64,000 bases of DNA from Macrostomum lignano. Its lineage: Eukaryota. Below the pieces are notes generated by a model. It saw only the letters and a program-made list of their open reading frames with translations. It was not told the DNA's origin and did no database searches. The stretch is from NCBI GenBank assembly GCA_002269645.1, contig NIVC01000126.1, forward strand, positions 620,001-684,000, given 5' to 3'. The position numbers and the translations under genes are program-made. Within the stretch, counting starts at the first letter, position 1, and each line of letters opens with the position of its first letter. Shown here piece after piece: positions 32,601-44,249 of the stretch.

Positions 32601-34600
32601 ATCTCCAGGGTGTGGAGTATCTGAGACAGAACACCATCGGCTTGGCAACTGACTATTTGGGCCTGTCCAAGAATACCATCATTGAGAACAACTTCAAGCA
32701 AGGAAAGTTCGAAGCGCACTTTTATTCGCCTATGAAGTGGAAAGATCTGAAGACGCCGCCCTCATCCGGCCTGGAAGAAGTGCAGGGACGGCTGGAGAAC
32801 AGCTACAAGTCGGCCCGGAACTCCTTCAACACCGTGCGACGAAAGCTGACGGCCGTGCGCGATGTGGTGTACGACTCCATCCCGGACTTCGACATGCCCT
32901 CCGGCTCGTGGATCCCCAAGTTCAAGGGCGTCGCCTCCGTGATCGGCGACCACTTCGTGACCTTCGATGGACGGCACTTCGACTTCCGAGGCAGCGGCGA
33001 GTGCGGCTACCTGCTCGCCAGGGACTTCCGCGGCAGGGGCTGGGCGGTCGGCCTGACCTACGGCCGGTCCGGCAAGAGCCTCGACATCTTCGCCTACGGC
33101 AAGCGCATCCGGGTGACGCCGCGCCTGCACGTGCTGGTCGATGGAGCTCAGCAGGAGCTGCCGCTCAACATTGGCGACTTGAGCATCGTCCGGACTGGCT
33201 CGGGACTGCGGGCGAAGGACCTCGGCCATCTGTTCACCATCACCGTGGACCCCGAGGCCGACACGCACACGGTCAGCGTGTCCGGCTGGTACCACGGTCG
33301 GCTGGGCGGCCTGTTCGGCAACTTCGACAACGAGCCGTTCAACGACCTGATCAGCAGCAGGGGCCGACGCTCCGACGCGGTTCTGGACTTCACCGGCTCG
33401 TGGAGACTGGGCGCCTGCCGGCACGCTAACCTAGCCAGCATCATCAAGGTGCCTGAGCGAGTTCACACAGACTGTCTGGACCTGTTCGAGTCTCCGCGCT
33501 CGTCCCCATTCCGTCGCTGCTACTCCTTCGTGGACCCGGCGCCGTTCCGGGACATCTGCGCTCAGGAGCGCCGCACAGGTGGCGCACAGCAAGTGTGCCG
33601 CGCCGCCGTCGCCTACATCCGCCACTGCGACGCCAAGGGACTTCGCGGACTGCGGGCCCCGGCCAAGTGTCTGAGCTGCAACACGCGCGGCGATGGCTAC
33701 CGGCAGCTGGCGCTCGGCCAGAGCCACCGCCTGCGGGCGCCGGACGCAGTCGCGGCCGATATCGTGCTAGTGCTGGAGGAGCGCGGCTGCATCGGCCGGG
33801 AGACCCTGCGCCGGCTTCCGCGGCTGGTCGCCCAGGTGAAGAGCAGCCTGAGCACGAGCGGCGTGTCGGACGTCCGGTTCGGCCTGCTGGGCTTCGGCAA
33901 CCCGGCGCACCTGCGCGGCAAGGCGGTGGCCACGGAGCGCAGCCGGCCGCACTGGCACACCCTGGCTGGCGAGCTCATGGGATCCGAGGAGCAGCTCCTG
34001 CGCGCGCTGGACGCCGTTGAGACGCACAACACCGCCGATGCCAGCGTCGACGGAGCCAGAGGCGCCGACGCTCTCGAGGCCGTCCGTCTGGCCGCTCGAC
34101 TCGGCGAGCTTCGACCAGAGGCGTCGCGTCACGTGATCCTGGTGGCGTGCGATGAGTGCCACGAGGGCCGCCGCACTCTGCAGTCGGTCCGGCAGTCGCT
34201 GCTCGAGTCTGGCGTCCGGCTGCACCTGCTGACTGAGGAGGCCATGCCGACCTACTTCTTCGGCCGCAGATCGCAGGCGTTCGGCGTCGACTCCGGCAAG
34301 GCCTTCTCGCTGGAGTCGCCGGAGGGCAGCGCCGAGCTGCACGGCTTCACCCGCCGGCCCGCCGGCAAGTGCGGCCGGCTCGCTGCCGAGTCGGGCGGCT
34401 CCGTCTTCGACCTGCGCTTCCTGCGACGGCGGCAGTACGCCGGCGGCCGGGCCGAGCTGTTCGGCCGGGTCTTCGCCGACCGTCTGGCGGCCGAGGTGGC
34501 GGCCGAGTCGGCCAGCGGACTGTCCGGGGGCTTCCAGGAGTGCCGTTGCTCGGCCAGCGGCTGCGGCACCCGCGGACGCCTGACCTGTCGTCCGCTGTGA
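29604..34600 (+). CDS. Apolipophorin/apolipoprotein-B-like large lipid transfer protein, 3' part (partial); beta-rich region, VWD, C8-like and C-terminal vWA-like domains
   Basis: 1582-aa ORF 29852-34600, extendable to the gap edge through one frameshift at ~29774. VWD start VIGDHFVTFDGRHFDF, GWYHGRLGGLFGNFDNEPFND; C8-like CYSFVDPAPFRDIC...CRAAVAYIRHC; then ADIVLVLEERGC and RFGLLGFG as in insect apolipophorin C-termini. Confidence 0.85.
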
Positions 34601-34755
34601 AGGTCACGTGACATGGGGACTTTCGTCCCCCACCTGACTGCATAGGGATTGGCAAACGTTTTCTATTTAAACAGACAATTCAAGACATTTTTGCTTCATT
34701 TTTGTGTCATTATTTTGACCTCAGTGCGAGCGCGGTGGGACAGGTCGGTGGCTGC

Positions 34756-34761
34756 AATAAA
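34756..34761 (+). terminator. Putative polyadenylation signal of the apolipophorin-like gene
   Basis: AATAAA 155 nt after the TGA. Confidence 0.55.
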
Positions 34762-35271
34762 AGTTAGCAAGTAGTTAACAATAGTCAAGTCTCAGAAACC
34801 AGGGCTGAAATTATCATTCCTGACTTGTCCAACCTGGTCTCTGCTCTGAATTACAGCATTAATTAATAAATCATGAATCATAAATTCACTGATTCCACAT
34901 GCAATCAATCCGTCTGATGCGTCCCAACTTAATTCGATAATTATTTTTCCACATGGGAAGTTACCTCGCTGTCTCCGTTTCGTTCTTTTGAAAGTAAAAA
35001 ATAATTTTTTTTTCTTCAAAATAGTGACAAAAAAGTTGTCAAAGCCGAGATACACAGTATTGCCTTCTCCACTTTCAGGTGTAAAGTGCATCGGACCCAA
35101 TAAACAAAATCGAGCAGTTCAAGGGCAACCAGAGTTGATTCCCATTTCAATAAACGATTTCGCTTCGCAAGCTCATTTTTGATCGTCAATTTTTTGTTCT
35201 ACAATATTTTGTGATAAACTGAATAACTATTTTCTGTAGGGTTACTATCGCTGTGATACAAATCACTTTTT

Positions 35272-36045
35272 GCAAAGATCCACAAAGATCCACAAAGATC
35301 CACAAAGTTCCACAAAGATCCACAAAGATCCACAAAGATCCACAAAGATCCACAAAGTTCCACAAAGATCCACAATGAGCCACAAAGATCCACAAAGATT
35401 CACAAAGATCCACAAAGATCCACAAAGATCCACAAAGATCCACAAAGAGCTACAAAGATCCACAAAGAGCCACAAAGTTCCACAAAGATCCACAAAGTTC
35501 CACAAAGATCCACAAAGATCCACAAAGTTCCACAAAGATCCACAAAGATCCACAGAGATCCACAAAGTTCCACAAAGATCCACAAAGTTCCACAAAGATC
35601 CACAGAGATCCACAAAGTTCCACAGAGATCCACAAAGATCCACAAAGTTCCACAAAGATCCACAATGAGCCACAAAGATCCACAAAGATTCACAAAGATC
35701 CACAAAGATCCACAAAGATCCACAAAGATCCACAAAGAGCTACAAAGATCCACAAAGATCCACAAAGTTCCACAAAGATCCACAAAGTTCCACAAAGATC
35801 CACAAAGATCCACAAAGTTCCACAAAGATCCACAAAGATCCACAATGAGCCACAGAGATCCACAAAGATTCACAAAGATCCACAAAGAGCCACAAAGATC
35901 CACAAAGATCCACAAAGATCCACAAAGATCCACAAAGAGCTACAAAGTTCCACAAAGATCCACAAAGATCCACAAAGATCCACAAAGATCCACAAAGATC
36001 CACAAAGTTCCACAACGATCCACAAAGATCCACAAAGATTCACAA
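35272..36045. repeat. 10-bp minisatellite (CACAAAGATC)n
   Basis: Tandem units. Confidence 0.95.
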
Positions 36046-36874
36046 AGATATTTCACACCTTGGCAGCCTCTAATAACCTGTGTTCGAAAAGTTTAAAAAA
36101 AATTATTGCTTTTTTAAGCTAAAAAAAACAAACCACATTTTCGAACTAATGAGACTACTATAAGTAAGCTTTCGTGCCGTATAGTTGGCAAAATGCTCGC
36201 CAACAGCTTGTCATCAGGGTAGTCAGCTTCTTGGGATTGAATATGCGTCCGCGATGCAGTCAAAGGGCTACGAGTCAGCCTCAGGAACGACTCTCTCAGA
36301 TTGCAGACAGCCGATGCTTATCGATTTTATGAACAAGGGGCAGAGGGAATAACGAGTTCAGGTCACGTGATGCTGCGCTGTGGCTCATGGAGGACTGATG
36401 CTTTCTGCTTTTAGCATCACTTTTCTCAGAATAATGACAATGCAATGTCGAAACCTTGTAATTTTATTACTACTAGATTATTGAACACATTTTAGTTGGC
36501 ATTTTTCATATAATACTATTATTAGTAAGAAATCAAGTAGAAGTTCGGTATTATTGATACTATACATGTGTATAAATGTTTAAAAAACTTTATACAACTA
36601 ATCTCTCCTTCCCTCTCGTTCTCACAATAATCGTATCACACTATTCACACTTTCACGTTGAAACAGCTACTGCTTTCACAATATTCGTAACAACCGAAAC
36701 CCCCTTTCTTCACGGTTTTGAAAATATTCAAATTACATAACTCCAATACTGATCGCACTTACGAGTATCACAAGTGTCTGTTTAAATTCATCTATAACCA
36801 ATGGTTCGATCCACCACGAAATGTTCAGATCTGTTCAAGCAGCTCAAACGATAACGCTTCCCTTGTGAAAATCA

Positions 36875-36935
36875 AACCCTAACCCCAACCCTAACCCTAC
36901 CCTAACCCTAACCCCAACCCTAACCCTACCCTAAC
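36875..36935. repeat. Short interstitial telomere-like tract, (CCCTAA)n with CCCCAA/CCCTA variants
   Basis: About 10 units, e.g. AACCCTAACCCCAACCCTAACCCTACCCTAAC. Confidence 0.75.
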
Positions 36936-37299
36936 GGAGAGACAATGGCAGGAGCACCCGCAATGACTCCAACAATTTCTCAAACTCTCACAACTTGGGG
37001 CAGGAGGCAGGGAATTGAGGAGTCGCGAGCTTCCGCCTCAAAACCATTGGCCTGCTTGGGTGGAGCCTGCAGGGGCCGGAGCTGCTCTCGCAGTTGTCTT
37101 GAGCAGGCATGGAGGAGAGACAGACGTGTAGCAGAAATGCATTTCAGCTGTACTCAAGAGCGCCTCACTCCCCTCTCTGATTCGCTGTGCGGGTCCGGGC
37201 TGTGCGGGCATCGCGGCTTGATGGAGCGAAATCCTGGGGATTCTGGACGGCCAAATCCCGCCCCCAACCCCCAAATGCTTCTCCTCCACCCCTTTCTCC

Positions 37300-37471
37300 C
37301 ACCTCATCTTCCGAATTGAGGCGGCGCCGGAGAAACCCCGCCCGGCATCCGACATCAAAGGGAGGAAAGCAAACTAGAGGAGCTCTTCTGGATTCGGCCT
37401 CTCCGAGCAGCGACTCGGAACTGATAAAGAAATTCTAAACTGGTAGCTGTGAGCACTGCCGACTGGAGCAG
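37300..37471 (+). other. Probable non-coding 5' exon of the neurensin-like gene (start uncertain)
   Basis: Strong donor CAG|GTGAGC at 37472 pairs with acceptor CTCCTCGCGCAG| at 40058; in-frame stop at 37436 and no ATG after it. Confidence 0.45.
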
Positions 37472-37589
37472 GTGAGCCCGGTTCACCAGTGACTTGCGGA
37501 AATCGTGTGCAGATTATTCATAGTTCATTCGTCTAGCGCAGTGCGGCTGTAAACTATAATATGAGATCTCCTTCACCCTCTCTACCTCT

Positions 37590-38035
37590 CCGGCCCCATC
37601 TCTCCCTCTCATCCCATCTCCCTCTCACCCTATCATCTCACTCTCACCCATCTCTCCCTCTCACCTCATCTCTCAATCTCACCCATCTCCCTCTCACCCT
37701 ATCATCTCACTCTCACCCATCTCTCCCTCTCACCTCATCTCTCAATCTCACCCATCTCCCTCTCACCCCATCATCTCACTCTCACCCATCTCTCAATCTC
37801 ACTCCGTCTCTCAATCTCACCCCATCTCTCAATCTCACCCCATCTCTCAATCTCACTCCGTCTCTCAATCTCACCCCATCTCTCAATCTCACCCCATCTC
37901 TCAATCTCACTCCGTCTCTCATTCTCACCCCGTCTCTCATTCTCACCCCGTCTCTCATTCTCACCCCGTCTCTCCCTCTCACCCCATCTCTCCCTCTGAC
38001 CCCATCTCTCCTTCTCACCCTATCTCTATCCCCAC
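37590..38035. repeat. 18-bp CT-rich minisatellite (CTCACCCCATCTCTCAAT)n
   Basis: Tandem units. Confidence 0.88.
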
Positions 38036-38534
38036 CCCATCTCATCATCTTGTACGAGCTTGCATACCGATGAGCCACTCTGTGCCACTTGCACAGCAGT
38101 CTTGCGTGTCAGCGCCAGCACTACCAGTGCTAAATACTTTTCCCCAGTTGCTGGGGACACAGACAGGCATGGATCTCCCATCGGGAGTATTTAGAATTTT
38201 CTCATCCTCTTAAGTGATCGATATGAAACTGCGCGTCTGTTGAAGTGGCCATTCAAAGCTCCAGAAGTGCTGTTAGCAAGGCCCGATGGGAGAAGCTTAT
38301 CAACTGCTCGGGAGCAAAAATACTGTTGCCTGCGAGGCAGCAGAAGCAGAAGACTGCTCGAGTAACCCGGGAAACACCTGAAGAGGTCAAGAAAATCAGG
38401 CATCGAAGAATTCATGCCAGAGCATTCTTAAGGCGGTGCAACTTTTAGACAATTTTTTCAAAACATTTCCATCAAGAATGACTTGAAAATACGAGTACAG
38501 TTGGCCCAGAAGTGTACGTATAGTACTTTTGTAG

Positions 38535-40027
38535 AAGTGTCAGACGAATCTAAAAGTGTCAGACGAATCCTAGAAATGTCAAACGAATCCTAGAAGTGTC
38601 GGATAAATCTTGACAGAAGTGTCAGACGAATCCTAAAAGTGTTAAATGAATCCGTAAAGTGTCAGGTAAACCTTGACAGTAGTGTCAGACGAATTCTAGT
38701 AGTGTCAGAAGTGTCAGACGAATCACAGTAGTGTCAGACGAATCCCAGTAGTGTCAGACGAATCCTAGAAGTGTCAGACGAGTCTCAGTAGTGTCAGACG
38801 AATCCTAGAAGTGTCAGATGAATCCTAGAAGTGTCAGATGAATGCTAGAAGTGTCAGACGAATCCCAGTAGTGTCAGACGAATCCCAGTAGTGTCAGACG
38901 AATCCCTGTAGTGTCAGACGAATCCCAGTAGTGTCAGGCGAATCCTATAAGTGTCAGACGAATCCTAGAAGTGTCAGACGAATCCCAGTAGTGTCAGACG
39001 AATCATAGAAGTGTCAGATGAATCCTAGAAGTGTCAGATGAATCCTAGAAGTGTCAGACGAGTCCCAGTAGTGTCAGACGAATCCTAGAAGTGTCAAATG
39101 AATCCCAGTAGTGTCAGACGAATCCCAGTAGTGTCAGACGAATCCCAGTAGTGTCAGGCGAATCCTATAAGTGTCAGACGAATCCTAGAAGAGTCGGGTA
39201 AACCTTGACAGTAGTTTCAGACGAATTTTAGTAGTGTCAGACGAATCCCAGTAGTGTCAGACGAATCCTAGAAGTGTCAGACGAATCCCAGTAGTGTCAG
39301 ATGAATCCTAGAAGTGTCAGACGAGTCCCAGTAGTGTCAGACGAATCCTAGAAGTGTCAGACGAATCCCAGTAGTGTCAGACGAATCCCAGTAGTGTCAG
39401 ACGAATCCCAGTAGTGTCAGGCGAATCCTATAAGTGTCAGACGAATCCTAGAAGTGTCGGGTAAACCTTGACAGTAGTTTCAGACGAATTTTAGTAGTGT
39501 CAGACGAATCCCAGTAGTGTCAGACGAATCCCTGTAGTGTCAGACGAATCCTAGAAGTGTCAGACGAATCCCAGTAGTGTCAGATGAATCCTAGAAGTGT
39601 CAGACGAATCCCAGTAGTGTCAGACGAATCCTAGAAGTGTCAGACGAATCCCAGTAGTGTCAGACGAATCCCAGTAGTGTCAGACGAATCCCAGTAGTGT
39701 CAGACGAATCCCTGTAGTGTCAGACGAATCCCAGTAGTGTCAGACGAATCCCAGTAGTGTCAGGCGAATCCTATAAGTGTCAGACGAATCCTAGAAGTGT
39801 CAGACGAATCCCAGTAGTGTCAGACGAATCCCAGTAGTGTCAGACGAATCCCAGTAGTGTCAGACGAATCCCTGTAGTGTCAGACGAATCCCAGTAGTGT
39901 CAGACGAATCCCAGTAGTGTCAGGCGAATCCTATAAGTTTCAGACGAATCCTAGAAGTGTCAGACGAATCCCAGTAGTGTCAGACGAATCCTAGAAGTGT
40001 CAAATGAATCCCAGTAGTGTCAGACGA
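38535..40027. repeat. 20-bp minisatellite (GTGTCAGACGAATCCCAGTA/CTAGAA)n
   Basis: ~70 units ending ~30 nt before the neurensin acceptor. Confidence 0.95.
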
Positions 40028-40085
40028 CCCTCAATGCAACTCCAACCTCCTCGCGCAGGCCCAGCAGCAGCCTCGGCAGTCAGGA

Positions 40086-40823
40086 ATGTCGGACGTCACA
40101 CCGCAGGCTGCGGCCGAGGCCTCCAAGCCCCAGCCGCCGCCGAGGCCCAAGGTGAAATCCTACCTGCACAAGTTCTACTGCGGCGGCGGCGGCGCTGGCG
40201 GAAGCGGCGGCCTTGACGAGGGCGCGGCGCCTCCAGCCGATGCGGCCACCGTCGATGCCAGCGACGAGATGCGACGCCTGCTGGCGAGCGGCGGCGGAGG
40301 CGGCGGCAAGCAGCGGCGGGGCTGCCACCTGCGGCCGATCGTGTGGAAGGCGATGCTGTGGATCGGCATCAACTGCCTGATCTTCGGCGCCCTCGGCCTC
40401 GCCATCGCCTTCTTCCTGCCGCACGAGCCGGAGCTCGTTGAGCTGCCCGGAGTCCAGGGCTTCGTGCGCAGCCGCACCAACCAGGAGTGGAACCGGAGCG
40501 CCAATGTGCTGAAGTACGTCGCTCTCGGCGTCTTCAGCGTTGGCGCGGTCGTCACCGCCGTCGGGCTGATCCTGCCGTCGCTGGTGTGGCGGCTGTTTGA
40601 TGAGGACGAGCAGCTGAACTCGGCGACGGACCCGGCGCAGGCGGGGCGGAGGGGGGCCAAGCGCAGCGGAGGCTTCGGCGGCTGCTGCAGCGACCGCCGC
40701 TGGCCGGGCTGTCGGGCAAGACCGTCTCCACCCGGATGGCGCCGTCCGCCGCTGCCGCCGCTCCAGCAGAGGTCGAGGAGAAGCCGGTGCAGCCGCCGAG
40801 GAGCCCCGAGGAGGGTCACGTGA
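40086..40823 (+). CDS. NRSN: Neurensin-like two-TM vesicular membrane protein (true C-terminus probably in the -1 frame, ending 40849)
   Basis: KVKSYLHKFY resembles neurensin GVRSYLHQFY. TM1 WKAMLWIGINCLIFGALGLAIAFFLP, short loop, TM2 LKYVALGVFSVGAVVTAVGLILPS. ATG at 40086, 27 nt after the acceptor. Confidence 0.8.
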   Translation: MSDVTPQAAAEASKPQPPPRPKVKSYLHKFYCGGGGAGGSGGLDEGAAPPADAATVDASDEMRRLLASGGGGGGKQRRGCHLRPIVWKAMLWIGINCLIFGALGLAIAFFLPHEPELVELPGVQGFVRSRTNQEWNRSANVLKYVALGVFSVGAVVTAVGLILPSLVWRLFDEDEQLNSATDPAQAGRRGAKRSGGFGGCCSDRRWPGCRARPSPPGWRRPPLPPLQQRSRRSRCSRRGAPRRVT

Positions 40824-40920
40824 CTCGGGGTCAGATCCAGGTCAATTGAGGTCAAACGAGGTCAACTGAAGTCAACTAAGGCCAACAGACTGAGGACTGG
40901 CCCCATAAATGGCTACAAAA

Positions 40921-40926
40921 AATAAA
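40921..40926 (+). terminator. Putative polyadenylation signal of the neurensin-like gene
   Basis: AATAAA ~70-100 nt after either stop. Confidence 0.55.
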
Positions 40927-41369
40927 AAAGCAAACGACATCATACCGTTGTTGGCTCCTCTTCTAGGAGCAAAATTGGCATGCACAAAAAAGGAGTTCCC
41001 GAACAGAGTTGCTGTGTGTTTACTCATTCTGCTCCGCAAGCAATCACTAATGGATTTATGCAAAGCTAAGGCTAGTTAACGAGGACAAAAATTGAATTAG
41101 GGTGGACCCTGCTGACTCTCCCATTGTTCCACTTGTTTTGGAGGCTGATTGAGAAAAATTGCAATGCTCCAACGCAACCCAGGGGGAACAGTGAGGTTAG
41201 TGGAGGCCAAAAAAGACTGATAAACAATGACAGAGCCAAGTCGTGAATAAAGCACGTGATAGAAGTGCTTTAGACAAAGTGTGACAGTCCTTGACAGCAT
41301 AAAACAATATTTATCCGGCAAGAATAAACCAGAAGAGAAAATTAACGAGACATAACAAAAAACTAACAA

Positions 41370-41935
41370 AGACAGTGAGAGAATCAGAGTGAGACAGTGA
41401 GTGAGACTCAGGGTGAGACAGTCAAAGAGAATCAAGGTGAGACAGTGAGTGAGAATCAGAGTGAGACAGTGAGTGAGAATCAGAGTGAGACAGTGAGTGA
41501 GAATCAGAGTGAGACAGTGAGTGAGAATCAGAGTGAGACAGTGAGTGAGAATCAGAGTGAGACAGTGAGTGAGAATCAGAGTGAGACAGTGAGAGAGACT
41601 CAGGGTGAGACAGTGAGAGAATCAGAGTGAGACAGAGTGAGAGACTATAGGTGAGACAGTCAAAGAGAATCAGGGTGAGACAGTGAGAGAGAGAGAGAGA
41701 GAGAGTCAGGGTGAGACAGTGAGAGAGAATCATGGTGAGACAGTGAGAGAGAGAGTCAGAGTGAGACAGTGAGAGAGACTCAGGGTGAGACAGTGAGAGA
41801 ATCAGAGTGAGACAGAGTGAGAGAATCAGGTTGAGACAGTGAGAGAGAATCAGGGTGAGAGACAGTGAGAGAGACTCAGGGTGAGACAGTGAGAGAATCA
41901 GAGTGAGACAGAGTGAGAGAATCAGGGTGAGACTC
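41370..41935. repeat. 24-bp minisatellite (GAGAATCAGAGTGAGACAGTGAGT)n
   Basis: Tandem units. Confidence 0.9.
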
Positions 41936-42329
41936 AGCATAATTTAATTAGCGAAAGATCTGCTGGTGTCCTGAGGCAGTATCAGATATATTAAAACGCG
42001 CTTGCGCACTGCACTCATCGATCAGTTGCATCGAAGCTGATAATGAAGGGGATTAAAGTCCCGGAGAGCCGCACCTGGTCCTAATTAGTCTAATCATAAA
42101 TCCCCGGGATTTATCGTTCGGCAGATGCGCTTACTGACGCACAGCCTTGTCGAGGCCAAGGAGGAATCACTTCAGAGGTCACGGCAGGGTCCCTGTGCAG
42201 CAGATGCTCCGTGCTGAGACTATACGAGCGTAGGGGCAAGAAAATTCGAAAAAGATCGAAAACACGAGTTCTTCTGACGCGAGGATAGTTCGGGAGATGA
42301 GGCAAAATATGAGGGTGAATACGTAAAGA

Positions 42330-43040
42330 GATAGGAGTGGAAGGTCAAGGGTAGGGATGAAAATGAAGAGAAAATTTGAAGATGGAGGGAGGAGTGGGAG
42401 ATGAAGGGAGGAGTGGAAGATAAAGGGAGGAGTGGGAGATAAAGGGAGGAGTGGGAGATAAAGGGAGGAGTGGAAGATAAAGGGAGGAGTGGGAGATAAA
42501 GGGAGGAGTGGGAGATAAAGGGAGGAGTGGGAGATGAAGGGAAAGGTTGAAGATGGAGGGAGGAGTGGGAGATAAAAGTTAGACTGGGAGATGGAGGGGA
42601 GGAAGATTAAGAGAGGACTGGGAGATGGAGGGGAGGAAGATTAAGAGAGGACTGGGAGATGGAGGGGAGGAAGATTAAGAGAGGACTGGGAGATGAATGA
42701 AAAAGTGGAAGGGAGGAGTCGAAGATGAAAGGAGTGTGAGATGAAGGGAGGAGTGAGTGGATGATGAAGGGAGGAGTGGAAGATGAAGGGAGGAGTGAGA
42801 GATGAAGGGAGTGAGAGATGAAAGGAGGAGTGAGAGATGAAGGGAGGAGTGAGAGATGAAGGGAGGAGTGAGAGATGAAGGGAGGAGTGGAAGATAGAGG
42901 AGTGAGAGATAAAGGGAGGGGTGAGAGATGAAGGGAGGAGTGTGAGATGAAGGGAGGAGTGGAAGATAGAGGAGTGAGAGATAAAGGGAGGGGTGAGAGA
43001 TAAAGGAAGGAGTGGAAGATGAAGGGAGATGTGGATGATG
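42330..43040. repeat. GA-rich ~19-20-bp minisatellite (GGGAGGAGTGGGAGATAAA)n
   Basis: Tandem degenerate units. Confidence 0.88.
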
Positions 43041-43274
43041 AAGAAAGTGACAGATGAAGCTAATATTTGAAAATAAACAAATGAAGCTGAAAATGAGTGG
43101 ATGCATAAAGGCAAAAACAAAAAACAGTGCCATATCTGTCTGTCATGTGATTAATGGCGCAGGGCTGACAGGTGCGCTTAGATAGTTTGTGCGTCTGCAT
43201 AAAATCAATTCCAACTGACAACCATCTGCTACTGCTTTCGAATGCCGCTGCAACTGTACATTGAGTGATGTGGA

Positions 43275-43790
43275 TTCTCAGAAGCAAGTGTACATTAAAG
43301 GGTGGATGAGATTCTCAGGAGCGAGTGTACATTGAAGAGTGGAGGGGATTCCCAGGAGAGAGTGTGCAACAAATGGTAGAGATTTCCAGGAGCGAGTGTA
43401 CATTGAAGGGTGGAGGGGATTCCCAGGAGTGAGTGTGGGTGGAGGGGATTCCCAGAAGTGAGTGTACATTGAAGAGTAGAGGGGATTTCCAGGAGCGAGT
43501 GTACATTGAAGGGTGGAGGGGATTCCCAGGAGCGAGGGTACATTGAAGAGTAGAGGGGATTTCCAGGAGCGAGTGTACATTGAAGGGTGGAGGGGATTCC
43601 CAGGAGCGAGGGTACATTGAAGAGTAGAGGGGATTTCCAGGAGCGAGTGTACATTGAAAGGTGGAGGGGATTCTCAGGAACGAGTGTACATTAAAGGGTG
43701 AAAGGGGAATCCCAGGAGCAAGTGTACATTGAAAGGTGGAGGGGATTCCCAGGAACGAGTGAGTGTACATTAAAGGGTGAAGGGGAATCT
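43275..43790. repeat. ~37-bp minisatellite (GAGCGAGTGTACATTGAAGGGTGGAGGGGATTCCCAG)n
   Basis: Tandem units. Confidence 0.88.
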
Positions 43791-44249
43791 CAGCAACCAA
43801 AAAGATTCCACAAAAAAGACTAGCACGTCAATATGCTTGCAACATATATTTGCATATACTCGTATAATGCACGAAATGTCACTTAGCCGGCAACAAGAAA
43901 TGATGATAATAAACGAATTTATTTTAGATTATCATTAAGTTAATTGGGCTGAAAAATGAATCATACAATAATTTATGAAATTGGAAATACCAGGATACCA
44001 GTTATTTTAATAATTTTTGCACAGCAAAGGCAAGCCAATAAATTTGGAGAAAAAGTTAAAATTAAAATTTGAAAAGATCAGAAAATTATCAAATCAAGGA
44101 AATGATTCAGTAGAACAAAAGAAACTTCTAAAACGCACTGGCAATGAAAACTGCCAGTGTACCCGTGCTAAATTACAGATAAATTATTTCAGTTTAGCTG
44201 CATAAAACCTGTACGCTATGGAACATGAATGATAGCAGAGAATTATTTA

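Noticed and set aside
34615-34630. GGGGAC-TTTC-GTCCCC hairpin 14 nt after the stop, resembling a histone 3' stem-loop
   Set aside because: The stem does not match GGYYYT/AGRRCC (closing pair C-G rather than U-A), and a normal AATAAA follows at 34756.
29987-34655. Many antisense and alternate-frame ORFs over the apolipophorin-like exon (also over neurensin, TXNDC9 and SIDT)
   Set aside because: Shadow ORFs expected from GC-rich, stop-poor coding sequence.
34792-36420. Possible minus-strand exons near 34800-35100 and 36150-36300
   Set aside because: Short protein-like stretches only; no consistent splice chain or homology.
36803-36812. GGTTCGATCC B-box / tRNA T-loop
   Set aside because: No A-box, acceptor stem or cloverleaf around it.
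38174-38293. 12-bp inverted repeat (TCTCCCATCGGG / CCCGATGGGAGA) as MITE termini
   Set aside because: No target-site duplication or second copy; one such match is plausible by chance in this much sequence.
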